Shown here piece by piece: positions 20,502-29,656 of a DNA stretch of 64,000 nucleotides. Where the stretch lies: the NCBI GenBank assembly GCA_964642015.1, contig CAZXLF010000003.1, forward strand, positions 164,204-228,203. The letters run 5' to 3'. The notes beneath the pieces are model-generated. The model saw only the letters and a list, made by a program, of their open reading frames with translations. It searched no databases and had not been told where the DNA came from. The position numbers and the translations under genes are program-made. The DNA comes from an uncultured Planctomycetia bacterium. Its GTDB lineage: Bacteria; Omnitrophota; Gorgyraeia; 2-02-FULL-51-18. Position 1 is the first letter of the stretch, and every line of letters starts with the position of its first letter.

Positions 20502-20534
20502 GCTCAACCCTATTTAATCTAAGCGCTAACAACA

Positions 20535-20582
20535 GCCCCGTTTTGATAATGAGTCAAAACTCCTTATTAAAACGGGGTTTTT
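20535..20582 (+). terminator. Rho-independent terminator of cspA
   Basis: GCCCCGTTTTGATAA ... TTATTAAAACGGGGT plus T-run. Confidence 0.75.
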
Positions 20583-20665
20583 GCTTGCCAGACACCTCTA
20601 AGACCCACCTTGTAATATTCTAGTCCTAATGATATACTTACTAAAGTAAAGTTAAGGAGGTTTTT

Positions 20666-21076
20666 TTGGCAAAAGATCAAGAACGAAGAGAGTTTTTCAG
20701 AATAAATTTCAGCTCGCCAATGCATTTCAAAAGCTATACCGCAGACCGGTCAAAATCGGCAAAAGTAGTCGACGAAACTTCCGCTAGAGCTATTTCTCAA
20801 AACATCAGCCAGTCAGGCATTTTATTTCAGACAGATAATAATCCGCCACAGCTGTCAAGCATCTTATGGATGAACCTCGATATCAGAACCCTAAGTATCT
20901 GCAAAGAGATCGAAAAGAGGGCTTTGATATTGAATAATGGCGTTCTCGGCCGTGTGGTCCGCGTAGAAGAAGATTCTGATAATTCCAACCGGTATGACGT
21001 TGGGGTTTGTTTTCTAACCGAAGAGCAGAAGAATACTCAAGAAGTCCAGAAAATCCTGGCCGAAATCACTAAATAA
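20666..21076 (+). CDS. Stand-alone PilZ-domain protein
   Basis: RREFFR (RxxxR) and NISQSG (D/NxSxxG); GRVVRV...YDVGVCF; SD AAGGAGG, TTG start. Confidence 0.82.
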   Translation: MAKDQERREFFRINFSSPMHFKSYTADRSKSAKVVDETSARAISQNISQSGILFQTDNNPPQLSSILWMNLDIRTLSICKEIEKRALILNNGVLGRVVRVEEDSDNSNRYDVGVCFLTEEQKNTQEVQKILAEITK

Positions 21077-21120
21077 TCAATAATTGAATAACTGCGGGCA
21101 ACCTTCTTTTCCCAAGACTA

Positions 21121-21148
21121 ATGTCCTATAATGTATATTATGTTAAGT
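21121..21148 (+). other. dif: dif site (XerC/XerD chromosome-dimer resolution site)
   Basis: ATGTCCTATAA-TGTATA-TTATGTTAAGT compared with E. coli dif GGTGCGCATAA-TGTATA-TTATGTTAAAT; intergenic between converging genes, at the point where gene orientation switches. Confidence 0.85.
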
Positions 21149-21185
21149 AATATATAGGGAAAGACTAATATACTTACCGTAAAGA

Positions 21186-22319
21186 TTAAGAATTGTAGCT
21201 ACGTATACTCATTGAACTAGCGCCATTGGTAAATCCAGGCGGATTTTGAGCAGAATAAGTCATTTTTATATTGCTTTGTGAATTGGGCGCTATGCTAAGC
21301 GCGCCGCGAGCCAAGACTGATCCGGTAAGACTTAATCGAGGGTTATCGTAATGATTGCCGCTCATAGACACGTTGTTTCCGGAATAAATAAGACCTGTTA
21401 TTGTTACATATGCACCGCCGCCTGCATTTCCGGTCGAACTGACTGTGATACTTCCTCCTGAGCCTGTCATTAAAGCTGGGTAATTACTATATTGATTAAT
21501 CGTCACTTGAAGCTTATTGCTTGCTGACGCTTGAAGGGTTATATTACCGTCTGCAACAAAACACGCGGTCGTTGCAGATTGATGTCCATTGATAACAAGA
21601 TTACCGTGGACATAGATCACACCGCCCGCAGGCGCCGCTGGTAACGTACTATCATTGTAGGTTTTGTCTCCAGAATAATATAACCCATTTGCAGTAGCAA
21701 TATTCTTATAATAACTCATATTCACTGTTGGAAAGCTGACCACTGTCCCCCAATTATTATTGGTTGATCCGGATATTGTGCCGCTGTTGGTTACTGTCCC
21801 ACCGCTGTAAACAGAACCTGTAATGGCTCCCCCAACTGTGGCATTAAAGGCGGAGTAAATGTCCCCTGTCAGCGCACCTGATGCTCCGCCGCCTGTTGAG
21901 TTCCATACAAGAGCTGTTGTTGGAGAGCCGGAAGCCAGCGCATACTGTAAAGCCGAGACTGTCGGAGGCGCCACCTCGGCTGTGACAGTTCGGTTTACCC
22001 CTGAAACAGCTCCTACTGAAGACACGAGATACCGGCCACTCGAACTTGACATGGATGTGCTATAAGTACCCGGACCCAAAGTAGTACTTGAAATGCTATA
22101 GCTGGAACTCCAGGATGAATAAAGGTGCGACAACGCCCTAGCAAGTCCCCCTTCAGCTACCTGTTGAGCCTGAGTCGAGTCTTTCATCTCCGCGACAAGC
22201 GTCGTATCTTGTGCCGAAACCTTAAAAATATATCCGGCAATCAAAATCATGATCATCATAGAAACCATAGTCGTAAGAAATATGGTTCCTGTTTCATTCA
22301 GATATGTGATCTTTTTCAT
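21186..22319 (-). CDS. PilX-like minor pilin with Ser/Thr/Gly-rich beta-repeat C-terminus
   Basis: G|TIFLT prepilin site lacking Glu5 (PilX hallmark), hydrophobic helix, QA...AEGG; repeated ITG.IYS/GVIYV.GN patterns. Confidence 0.75.
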   Translation of the reverse strand: MKKITYLNETGTIFLTTMVSMMIMILIAGYIFKVSAQDTTLVAEMKDSTQAQQVAEGGLARALSHLYSSWSSSYSISSTTLGPGTYSTSMSSSSGRYLVSSVGAVSGVNRTVTAEVAPPTVSALQYALASGSPTTALVWNSTGGGASGALTGDIYSAFNATVGGAITGSVYSGGTVTNSGTISGSTNNNWGTVVSFPTVNMSYYKNIATANGLYYSGDKTYNDSTLPAAPAGGVIYVHGNLVINGHQSATTACFVADGNITLQASASNKLQVTINQYSNYPALMTGSGGSITVSSTGNAGGGAYVTITGLIYSGNNVSMSGNHYDNPRLSLTGSVLARGALSIAPNSQSNIKMTYSAQNPPGFTNGASSMSIRSYNS

Positions 22320-22333
22320 GGCCAGACCCTCCC

Positions 22334-24376
22334 CTACTTTCCGGTATTCTTTGGTTTAATTTCGGTGTTTAACGAATTGGCAAATGTTTGTCCGCGATAA
22401 GTTTTTGATACCGATAAACTAACCCCTAAAGTTTTGAGAAGCGTGTTGCCGTCGACCAGCACTTGAAAAATCCCGTAGTTTGGTTTTTTGGTATAGTGGC
22501 CGCTTATTTGCACGAGCGCTGTTTGCCCCGGCCAATCAATTTTTACCTTATCGACTGTTGGAAAAGTAGAATAAGGTGATACCGCTTGCAACTGTGCTTC
22601 AAATTGCAGATAACGCCGACTTGGTAATGCCGCTAAAGAACCTGGGGAAGTGGTAAATGATAGCCACGAAGATGGGCTGGACATATCGGCGTTAGCGGAG
22701 GATCTGACCTTCAGAGTAACCGATGCGCCCGCCGGCAATGTCGAAGTCCAAGAAATTTGGTTAAAAACAGGTGATGTCATTTTAGTGTCATAAATTTGAG
22801 AGTCTGCGACCCCAAGTGAACGCCAAGTGGACATTTCCTCTATACCAACGAGCTTTGTATCGGTAGAATAACCGAATAAACCCGCTGTGGCCCAGTCGGA
22901 TGTACCGGAAGCATGATCTGCGTTTACCAAATAGGACTGAGTGACAGCTCCTCCGCCAGCATTCCAAGACATTGGGCTGCCGGATGAACAGTAATAACTA
23001 ACAACATATGTGCCGTTGCCAGCGGTAATACTGGATGAAGGTGTAAACCATGAGGTCCATCGGTGATTTCCCGCACCGATCGCAACGGGCCCTGTTGTTG
23101 TCCCTGCGGCGCAACCTATGGAGCCCGCAGGATCAGTTCCCCCCGGCGCAACGTCGGAACTTTCAAAACAAAGCTGACTTGACGAAGCAAGACCGGCAGT
23201 GCCGCTTAAAGGCCCAAAATAGGCAGAATCAATGGTTGTTCCGCTCCCTGAATCCAGAAACTGAAACCTGATCATTTGCGCCGATTTAGTGATGGATGAG
23301 CCTTGTATCACAACCCTGACACTCTGTCCTGAAAGGCCGTAGGTCGACGGACTATCATCACCTGTTTGCGAATCAGCGCTCCATCCGGGCGTAGCCCCTT
23401 GAGTGGCAAGACTGGCGTTGGTCAGCACGGGATTATCTGCACTGGCTACAGACACCTCGGTGTCGGAATGCGTCATATCCGCAAAATTTGATTCCAACCA
23501 TTGATCGTAGTTAGTTTGGAGTGTCATGTAATCATTTGTCGCGGTTGCCTGACATTCGGTTTGATAGTTTCCACTCCAAGTATCACTATATCCTCCTAAA
23601 GCCATATCTACGTTTGATGTGCTCTTATTCGTAGAAACAGTTAGATCTTCGGCTTCTTGAGGGCCGCCGCTTGGATCAAGAGCTATATCATCGATCCCCA
23701 CATAGTAACCTGAGGAGGAGGAATTTTTACTGGTTACAAGGAATTTGATCTGATGCGTTCCTGAAGAAAGCCTGTACCCACCAAAGTTGGTATTAGCACT
23801 ACGTTGTGTTGATGACGCATAACCATCGAACGTCGAATTAGCCGCAGTTACTTGAAAAGTGATCGAATCTGCCTTAAAAAGCGTTTGGGTACTTCCGCCA
23901 CTATCCGTTCCATTGGTCGCAACATTATTAAGCTGCGTCTGCCTCGCAGTAGAATCAGTATTAAACGTACTAAAAACCGTACGCCTCATCTCCTGCGTGC
24001 CACCATTGTTATAAACTGAATAAACGATCGTCTTCCCTTGGCTCCAGTCAATAGTATTACTGGCATTGAGCTTTAAAAATCCGCTACTATCCGACCCTGG
24101 ATAAGGGACGCTTATCGCGGTATACGTGGAGCTTGAACCTGTAGAAGGATAGAAAAGCATCGAATTTTGGTCGGAAAGTCTACTGTCCGCTTTTAATTTT
24201 TCCAGTGTACGCTCCACATCAAACCGCAGCTCGCTTCGCAGACTTTCCTCTTTCCATGTTTTGGTCGAAAAAAACCATGCGGACAAAACAGAGGTTAAAA
24301 AAACCAGACCTATACCAAAAGCGATCATAGCTTCGACAAGTGTAAATCCGTTGCGATTAAGGTTGTACGTTTTCAT
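22334..24376 (-). CDS. Large PilW-like minor pilin/adhesin (about 680 aa)
   Basis: NG|FTLVEAM prepilin cleavage/methylation motif; start moved to ATG 24376; long S/T/G-rich beta-sandwich region. Confidence 0.8.
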   Translation of the reverse strand: MKTYNLNRNGFTLVEAMIAFGIGLVFLTSVLSAWFFSTKTWKEESLRSELRFDVERTLEKLKADSRLSDQNSMLFYPSTGSSSTYTAISVPYPGSDSSGFLKLNASNTIDWSQGKTIVYSVYNNGGTQEMRRTVFSTFNTDSTARQTQLNNVATNGTDSGGSTQTLFKADSITFQVTAANSTFDGYASSTQRSANTNFGGYRLSSGTHQIKFLVTSKNSSSSGYYVGIDDIALDPSGGPQEAEDLTVSTNKSTSNVDMALGGYSDTWSGNYQTECQATATNDYMTLQTNYDQWLESNFADMTHSDTEVSVASADNPVLTNASLATQGATPGWSADSQTGDDSPSTYGLSGQSVRVVIQGSSITKSAQMIRFQFLDSGSGTTIDSAYFGPLSGTAGLASSSQLCFESSDVAPGGTDPAGSIGCAAGTTTGPVAIGAGNHRWTSWFTPSSSITAGNGTYVVSYYCSSGSPMSWNAGGGAVTQSYLVNADHASGTSDWATAGLFGYSTDTKLVGIEEMSTWRSLGVADSQIYDTKMTSPVFNQISWTSTLPAGASVTLKVRSSANADMSSPSSWLSFTTSPGSLAALPSRRYLQFEAQLQAVSPYSTFPTVDKVKIDWPGQTALVQISGHYTKKPNYGIFQVLVDGNTLLKTLGVSLSVSKTYRGQTFANSLNTEIKPKNTGK

Positions 24377-24378
24377 TT

Positions 24379-24825
24379 TTACCCATTTTGGTAAATCACC
24401 GTACTCATCTGCACGGATGCCGGATTTGTCAGAGTACCGCTTAAAAAGCTTTGCACGTCCGTTGTGTTCAGAAAATACCATACCTGTACCGTTATTTGCG
24501 TTAAATTTGAGTCACCATTGTAAGAAGTTTGAGGAGTAGTGCTTCTCACATAAAGTCCGTTGTTGGGATCATCAACGCCATTTTGATCGACAACACTTTT
24601 AACTTCAGTGGCAACAGCCAGATCAGAGAAACTATAAGCCTTTAAATCCTCAATATGGCCTCTTGCAATATTATAAGCGGCATAAGCCTCTCTTGCCCGG
24701 GTGGACATTTTTGTGCTAGCAAAAAAAACGCTTAAAAGCGCTGAGATGCCGACCATAAATAACAGGACGGTTCCCATAACCTCGATTAATGTTGCCCCTT
24801 TATTATTTGATACTCTTTTTAACAT
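24379..24825 (-). CDS. PilV-like minor pilin
   Basis: KG|ATLIEVM prepilin motif and hydrophobic helix; start moved to ATG 24825. Confidence 0.8.
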   Translation of the reverse strand: MLKRVSNNKGATLIEVMGTVLLFMVGISALLSVFFASTKMSTRAREAYAAYNIARGHIEDLKAYSFSDLAVATEVKSVVDQNGVDDPNNGLYVRSTTPQTSYNGDSNLTQITVQVWYFLNTTDVQSFLSGTLTNPASVQMSTVIYQNG

Positions 24826-24944
24826 ATTTTTTAATCTTTTATTATAACTAAGCAATACTAATTAAAAGTATATCATATTTAATCGAAAATTCAAATGTGA
24901 GATATTCGTGTAAGTAATTTATATATAATAGGTTATGAATATTT

Positions 24945-24988
24945 AAAAAAATAGCCCTTTTCAAACCTTTCGATTTGAAAAGGGCTAT
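24945..24988 (-). terminator. Rho-independent terminator of the beta-barrel gene
   Basis: ATAGCCCTTTTCAAA ... TTTGAAAAGGGCTAT with an A-run on + (U-tract on -). Confidence 0.8.
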
Positions 24989-25010
24989 ATACTGCTTTGA
25001 AACGCTTAAA

Positions 25011-26459
25011 TTAGAATGTAACTTTCACCGATGAAACATACTGACTGGCAATTGCATCATTACCGGAACTATAAAGATTTCCGGGCACGAACCAATCCAT
25101 CATAAGGTTAAACGAAACATTCTCCGTGTAATTATAAGTAATGGAAGTGTCGATTTCATAACCGATATCCCTCGATAGCGTCGAACTATTAGGATTAGTG
25201 GTCACGACATGCATGTCAGCGGCAGCCCAATAATAATAGAAGTTTGCTCCGAGTATCAGATCTTCCATCGGCTTGAGAGTGCCGTAGACATTAATGATCT
25301 GTATATTCTGAGCTGCATTCTGATCATTCGGCTGTGCAGTGCCATAGTAAGTCTCGAGATATTGATGGATCCAGCCATAGGTTGGGCTGCTGTAATTACC
25401 ATTCCATGAACCATAAGAAGACGTGCTGCTTGCCGCAAGATCCGATTCGCCTGAAAATAACACGTACTCAAGACCGAGCATCGGCTTCCAGGTATAATCC
25501 CAGTGATATTCACCGAAAATGTCCGTTGCCCAGGCAGATCTATCTCTATGAGGAGATGTGCTTGCGGGACGGTAATTTCCGAACTCATAGGCCAACTCGG
25601 CACCCAACGTGATCTGGGAAATTGGATCAAATTGAACGCGACCGCCAAGTGTGTGCGTATCATTGCTGCCTACGCTGGTGCTTGTCGAAGCAAGGGCTGC
25701 CCTATCAAGCTCTCCGACATAGTAACCTTCGGCTACGGCATTATATTCAGCGAACTTATAGTTCACGTTCGCGATATAAAGATCCTTATCGTCTTCGGAA
25801 TTCACGGCATTCTCGTAAATTTTGGAATAGACGAGGTCTATGGTCCAAGGATTGAAATCGAGAGTGGCGCGAACCGCATCGAAAGACTGAAGCGCCGTAA
25901 ACTCAGTAGCCTGGATCGTATTATTCGGGTTTGAAGGGTTCCAGCCCACTATGAATCCACGGCCAAACATTAAATCTTGACGGCCAATGGTCAAGGTGAG
26001 CGGAGAATAAAAAATCTCCTTCATCTGCACATAGGCTAGATCAAGAAGGATATCGAATTCGTTGGCTTGATTGTTAGGGGTGGTGGCATAGGTAGCTGAT
26101 GCGGGATCGACCCACTGATTAGCGTTCATGTCTCTTTGATTAACTAGATTGATCACAGTGGAGACATTGTCCGTCAGATCTGCGGCCACTTCCAACTGAG
26201 TGATACCCATAAAGTAATTCGAGCTGTCGCTCCGATAATTCGGTGTGCCAGCTGCAAAGGCACCGCCACCTGCATAGCTGCCAGCATAACTTGCCGGCAC
26301 AACACCCATATCATTGTTTTTCTTTAAATCAAAGTTAGCGCGATCAAGCCAATAAGCATCGATCTCACCGCTCACTTTGATATTCTGTGTTTCGGCATAT
26401 GCGGGAACTGCAAAAGCCACCGCAAGCGCCAACACAAATAACGCTTTTAATGATTTCAT
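25011..26459 (-). CDS. Outer-membrane beta-barrel, alginate-export (AlgE)-like family
   Basis: Signal peptide ending AYA; LDLAYV...LTIGRQDL.FG.GFIVG, FDAVR, DIGYEID; C-terminal Phe; SD GGAGG. Confidence 0.8.
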   Translation of the reverse strand: MKSLKALFVLALAVAFAVPAYAETQNIKVSGEIDAYWLDRANFDLKKNNDMGVVPASYAGSYAGGGAFAAGTPNYRSDSSNYFMGITQLEVAADLTDNVSTVINLVNQRDMNANQWVDPASATYATTPNNQANEFDILLDLAYVQMKEIFYSPLTLTIGRQDLMFGRGFIVGWNPSNPNNTIQATEFTALQSFDAVRATLDFNPWTIDLVYSKIYENAVNSEDDKDLYIANVNYKFAEYNAVAEGYYVGELDRAALASTSTSVGSNDTHTLGGRVQFDPISQITLGAELAYEFGNYRPASTSPHRDRSAWATDIFGEYHWDYTWKPMLGLEYVLFSGESDLAASSTSSYGSWNGNYSSPTYGWIHQYLETYYGTAQPNDQNAAQNIQIINVYGTLKPMEDLILGANFYYYWAAADMHVVTTNPNSSTLSRDIGYEIDTSITYNYTENVSFNLMMDWFVPGNLYSSGNDAIASQYVSSVKVTF

Positions 26460-26758
26460 TTAAATCCTCCAAATTGCTTTTATTTTCTTAGTTAGGGCAC
26501 TGCTTTTAGGGTAGCTAGCTTATCGGGCTAGCTTGCAGCCTTGAGCCGATTAGGTTTCCTCCCCCCTTTCTTTGGCGTGTGTAGGCTGCAATTTAAGTCT
26601 TATTGCTTGCATTATATATAGCCATGTTAAGATAATGTAACAGCGATATTAACAATAGCTACAAGAAACAGTAAGAATAGACGCTATCTTATCCTTTTTA
26701 GAGCGAATCTAACAAGTCAAATAACTGTCAAAATAGTTTTAGCGGTTACCATCTTGCC

Positions 26759-27418
26759 CTACCGCACGGAGTTAAAATATTGACATTGATTTCTTAATAC
26801 GCATTGCCGACAGAGCGGCTTGTTTTTACAAATGCGTTTAGCATGTTCAACGATCAACGCGTGAAATTCATTAAATAAGCTGACGCTTTTAGGCAGGTTA
26901 TTCATAAAATATTGCTGAATCTCACCATAGGATGCCGCGAACTTTATCATGCCTATTCTTGAAAAAATCCTTTTGGTATAAGCGTCCACCACAAATATAG
27001 GTTTGTTTGCGGCGTAAAGAACAATGCTATCGGCTGTTTCGGGACCTATTCCATTAATAGAAAGAAGTTCTTCTCGAAGTTTCGGGATGGGCTGTCCCAA
27101 AAAAAGTTTTAGACTCCCACGATACTTCAGGTTCAACGCACTCAGGAAATTTTTCAGGCGTTTTGCTTTGATATTAAAATAGCCGGCCGGCACTAGACAA
27201 TCGGCAAGGTGACGGATCGGTATTTTTGACATCGCTGATATAAAAAGAAGCTTTTTCTCTTTCAAGCGGACCAGAGCGCGTTCCACGTTAATCCAGGCAG
27301 TATTCTGGGTCAAGATCGCTCCGACGATCACTTCAAACTTGGTATCAGCAGGCCACCAATATTGAGGACCGTACGCTCTTTTTAGAGCGCGGTATATCAC
27401 GATCGGGACATCTCTCAT
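26759..27418 (-). CDS. HhH-GPD endonuclease III-related DNA glycosylase
   Basis: WWPA, GAILTQNT.W, GIGPETAD, VVDAYT, FeS motif C-x5-C-x2-C-x5-C (CKNKPLCRQCVLRNQC). Confidence 0.9.
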   Translation of the reverse strand: MRDVPIVIYRALKRAYGPQYWWPADTKFEVIVGAILTQNTAWINVERALVRLKEKKLLFISAMSKIPIRHLADCLVPAGYFNIKAKRLKNFLSALNLKYRGSLKLFLGQPIPKLREELLSINGIGPETADSIVLYAANKPIFVVDAYTKRIFSRIGMIKFAASYGEIQQYFMNNLPKSVSLFNEFHALIVEHAKRICKNKPLCRQCVLRNQCQYFNSVR

Positions 27419-28380
27419 TTTTGCAATCGGTCATAAACATACCCGGCAAAATAAATATCGAGCACCGCCAAGCCCGTGGAGTCAAAAATGGTCACTTCAT
27501 CTAAAGACGTTCTCCCCCGTTTTTTCTTTGAAACTATATCTGAGAGTTCGGCGTACAAATTACGCTTCGTGAACAGACTTCTTGATACCGGCACGTTCAC
27601 TTCCCCGCTGTGTGAAGCCTGCTCCCAATCATCGACTATGACCTTAGAACTCAGCAAAAGCGTTGGATCCAGCTCTTCCTTACCCTTCGCGTCAGCGCCG
27701 ATCGCATTAATATGCGCTCCCTTTTTCACCCATTTTCTATTCAAAAGAGGCTTTCTTGACGGTGTACAAGTGACGATGATATCTGCGTCCCGAACACAAT
27801 CTCTGATGCTTTCATAGGCCCTCAAACCGCGAAATAATCTCTTGAAGTGATCACAAAAAATCTTTGATTCTGCGCGAGCGAATCCCCAGATCCCGATTTC
27901 TTTAAATTTGTACAGATCAGCTAAGGCCCGTAATTGATATCTCGCTTGCAAACCAGCTCCAATAATGGCGAGTTTCTGGGGAGCTGGATTTGCAAGAAAA
28001 TGCGTTGCGCAGGCCGCTGCCGCGCCCGTTCTGACCGCCGTAATATGATTTGCTTCCAAAACAGCAAGAGGCGATCCCGTCGAGGCTGAGTTCATAATAA
28101 TAGTTCCGTAAACCGTGGGTTTGCCGATGCGATGATTATCAGGAAATACACTCACCCATTTGACGCCGCATATTCCTTTGTTTTTGGTTTGGATAAAAGC
28201 CGGCATGGCTCTGAAATCATTCGTGGATGATCCGGGCGCTTTCGGCAAATTCAAATAAAGTTTGGACGGCATTATGGTCTTCTTTTGAGAAATGAGAAAA
28301 AACGTCTCTAAAGCAAGTTTGAAAGCCTTCTTTTCCGTTAAAATCGTCCGTATCCGATCTTCGCTGATGAACGGGATCAC
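27415..28380 (-). CDS. Ornithine cyclodeaminase/mu-crystallin family (archaeal-type alanine dehydrogenase-like)
   Basis: FRAMPA, GVKWV, TAVRTGAA, IIGAGLQA, HINAIGAD..GKEE, FDSTGLA..D. Confidence 0.88.
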   Translation of the reverse strand: MIPFISEDRIRTILTEKKAFKLALETFFLISQKKTIMPSKLYLNLPKAPGSSTNDFRAMPAFIQTKNKGICGVKWVSVFPDNHRIGKPTVYGTIIMNSASTGSPLAVLEANHITAVRTGAAAACATHFLANPAPQKLAIIGAGLQARYQLRALADLYKFKEIGIWGFARAESKIFCDHFKRLFRGLRAYESIRDCVRDADIIVTCTPSRKPLLNRKWVKKGAHINAIGADAKGKEELDPTLLLSSKVIVDDWEQASHSGEVNVPVSRSLFTKRNLYAELSDIVSKKKRGRTSLDEVTIFDSTGLAVLDIYFAGYVYDRLQK

Positions 28381-28799
28381 TGTTCTTTCTTGATCCTGGC
28401 GACCAATGCATTGATCCTCGTGGCAACCCCTTTCAGATCGTCTCTTTTTCTCATATAAATCTTATGTTGGTAGTCTCCTTCCAAGATTCTGTCGAGATCC
28501 TCTTCAAGTCGTTCGATCGGACCGCCAAAGCGGTGAGATATAGCAACTGCAAAGATAAGGATCGTGACCGCAATAATTGGTAGGCTAATAGCCAATAAAG
28601 CGTTCACCTTATCCAATACAGGCACAACATTAGCCATGATCGCTTCCGGAAAAGCGATCTGCTTGGCCAGTAAATAAAAAACGACATGATACAAACAGAA
28701 GCCTATAACCAAAGTTGGCGCAAGCATTGCCAAGATCACGATCAACAAGTACTTCGCCTGTATCGGATGTCGCATGAACCATTTAGCCCGAATAACCAT
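28377..28799 (-). CDS. 2-TM membrane protein ending in a HAMP domain
   Basis: Two TM helices then SHRFGGPIERL...GD......R..DDL. Confidence 0.7.
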   Translation of the reverse strand: MVIRAKWFMRHPIQAKYLLIVILAMLAPTLVIGFCLYHVVFYLLAKQIAFPEAIMANVVPVLDKVNALLAISLPIIAVTILIFAVAISHRFGGPIERLEEDLDRILEGDYQHKIYMRKRDDLKGVATRINALVARIKKEQ

Positions 28800-28837
28800 A
28801 TTTCACCCCCGATTTTTATTTTTTCAATTTATCTTTA

Positions 28838-29656
28838 TCAACGTGTTAATTTTTTCTCAATGATCACTGTGCCAAAATCCGCTTCGGAGCTTGTCCTTGT
28901 ATTATCAGAATCGCTCATCAAAGCAATGGCTCCCACCGGCTTTGCCGGAGCTTTTCCAAAAAGTTTTTCGTAATCCTCGTACACATTCCTTTCTTCTTCA
29001 TACCATCCGCCTGCGGCCACAGGCGCAGGCCCGCTTCTCAAAACGAATAATTTGATCCTGTCAGAATACGGGCTTGACGCGGTCGTATTCACAGGTGTTT
29101 TTTCATCCCAAATATACTCAATGACATCCGATTTAAAAAAATTAGCCCCGGGAAAAATAACATATACCCTGGCTGCAAAATCATCTTCGCTCTTATTGGA
29201 GATCGTCTCAGTGTGCTGCTTCTTTGGAAAAAGGACCGCGCGCCATTTCCAGGAAACACAAAGGTCCGGAGTCGCTGGATAATCCACTTTGACGTAGAGG
29301 CCTGAACATGCATCGCTGCTTTTAGATTTCAAAAAACCGCTCCCTTTATCGCTCAAAACCTGGAACTGCGTACTGCCTTTGAATATTTTTTCTTCCCATT
29401 GTTTCAATGACGCTGAATTATCAAAGGTATATTGTGCAAGCATCTTAAAATTAGAAGCGGGCCGGACCGCAGGAATTAAAGGGGCCCGAACAGGCGTTTT
29501 AACAATAATTGGGGAATGTGCAGGTAAAGGGGTCAACAAACCGATGGAATTTCTAATAGCAGTGGCCAATAAATCATTGCTAGCCACTGATAAAAGCAGG
29601 GCCGCTTCTAAAAAAAGAATAAGCATTAGCCAGCGGAGCCTGACCCGTGTATTCAC
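28838..29656 (-). CDS. Exported DUF3047-like protein
   Basis: SWKWR, K..DDFAARVYVIF, IEYIW, EERNVYEDY..LFG, IALMSDSDNT. Confidence 0.78.
   Translation of the reverse strand: MNTRVRLRWLMLILFLEAALLLSVASNDLLATAIRNSIGLLTPLPAHSPIIVKTPVRAPLIPAVRPASNFKMLAQYTFDNSASLKQWEEKIFKGSTQFQVLSDKGSGFLKSKSSDACSGLYVKVDYPATPDLCVSWKWRAVLFPKKQHTETISNKSEDDFAARVYVIFPGANFFKSDVIEYIWDEKTPVNTTASSPYSDRIKLFVLRSGPAPVAAGGWYEEERNVYEDYEKLFGKAPAKPVGAIALMSDSDNTRTSSEADFGTVIIEKKLTR

Noticed and set aside
24905-24940. Imperfect AT-rich palindrome GTAAGT...GGTTAT upstream of pilV
   Set aside because: Too degenerate in an AT-rich spacer to call a binding site without a motif scan
26605-26633. Possible second dif-like site (..CCATGTTAAGA) bounding the pilin and beta-barrel region
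   Set aside because: Only a partial XerD arm and no XerC arm; better explained as the promoter of the beta-barrel gene
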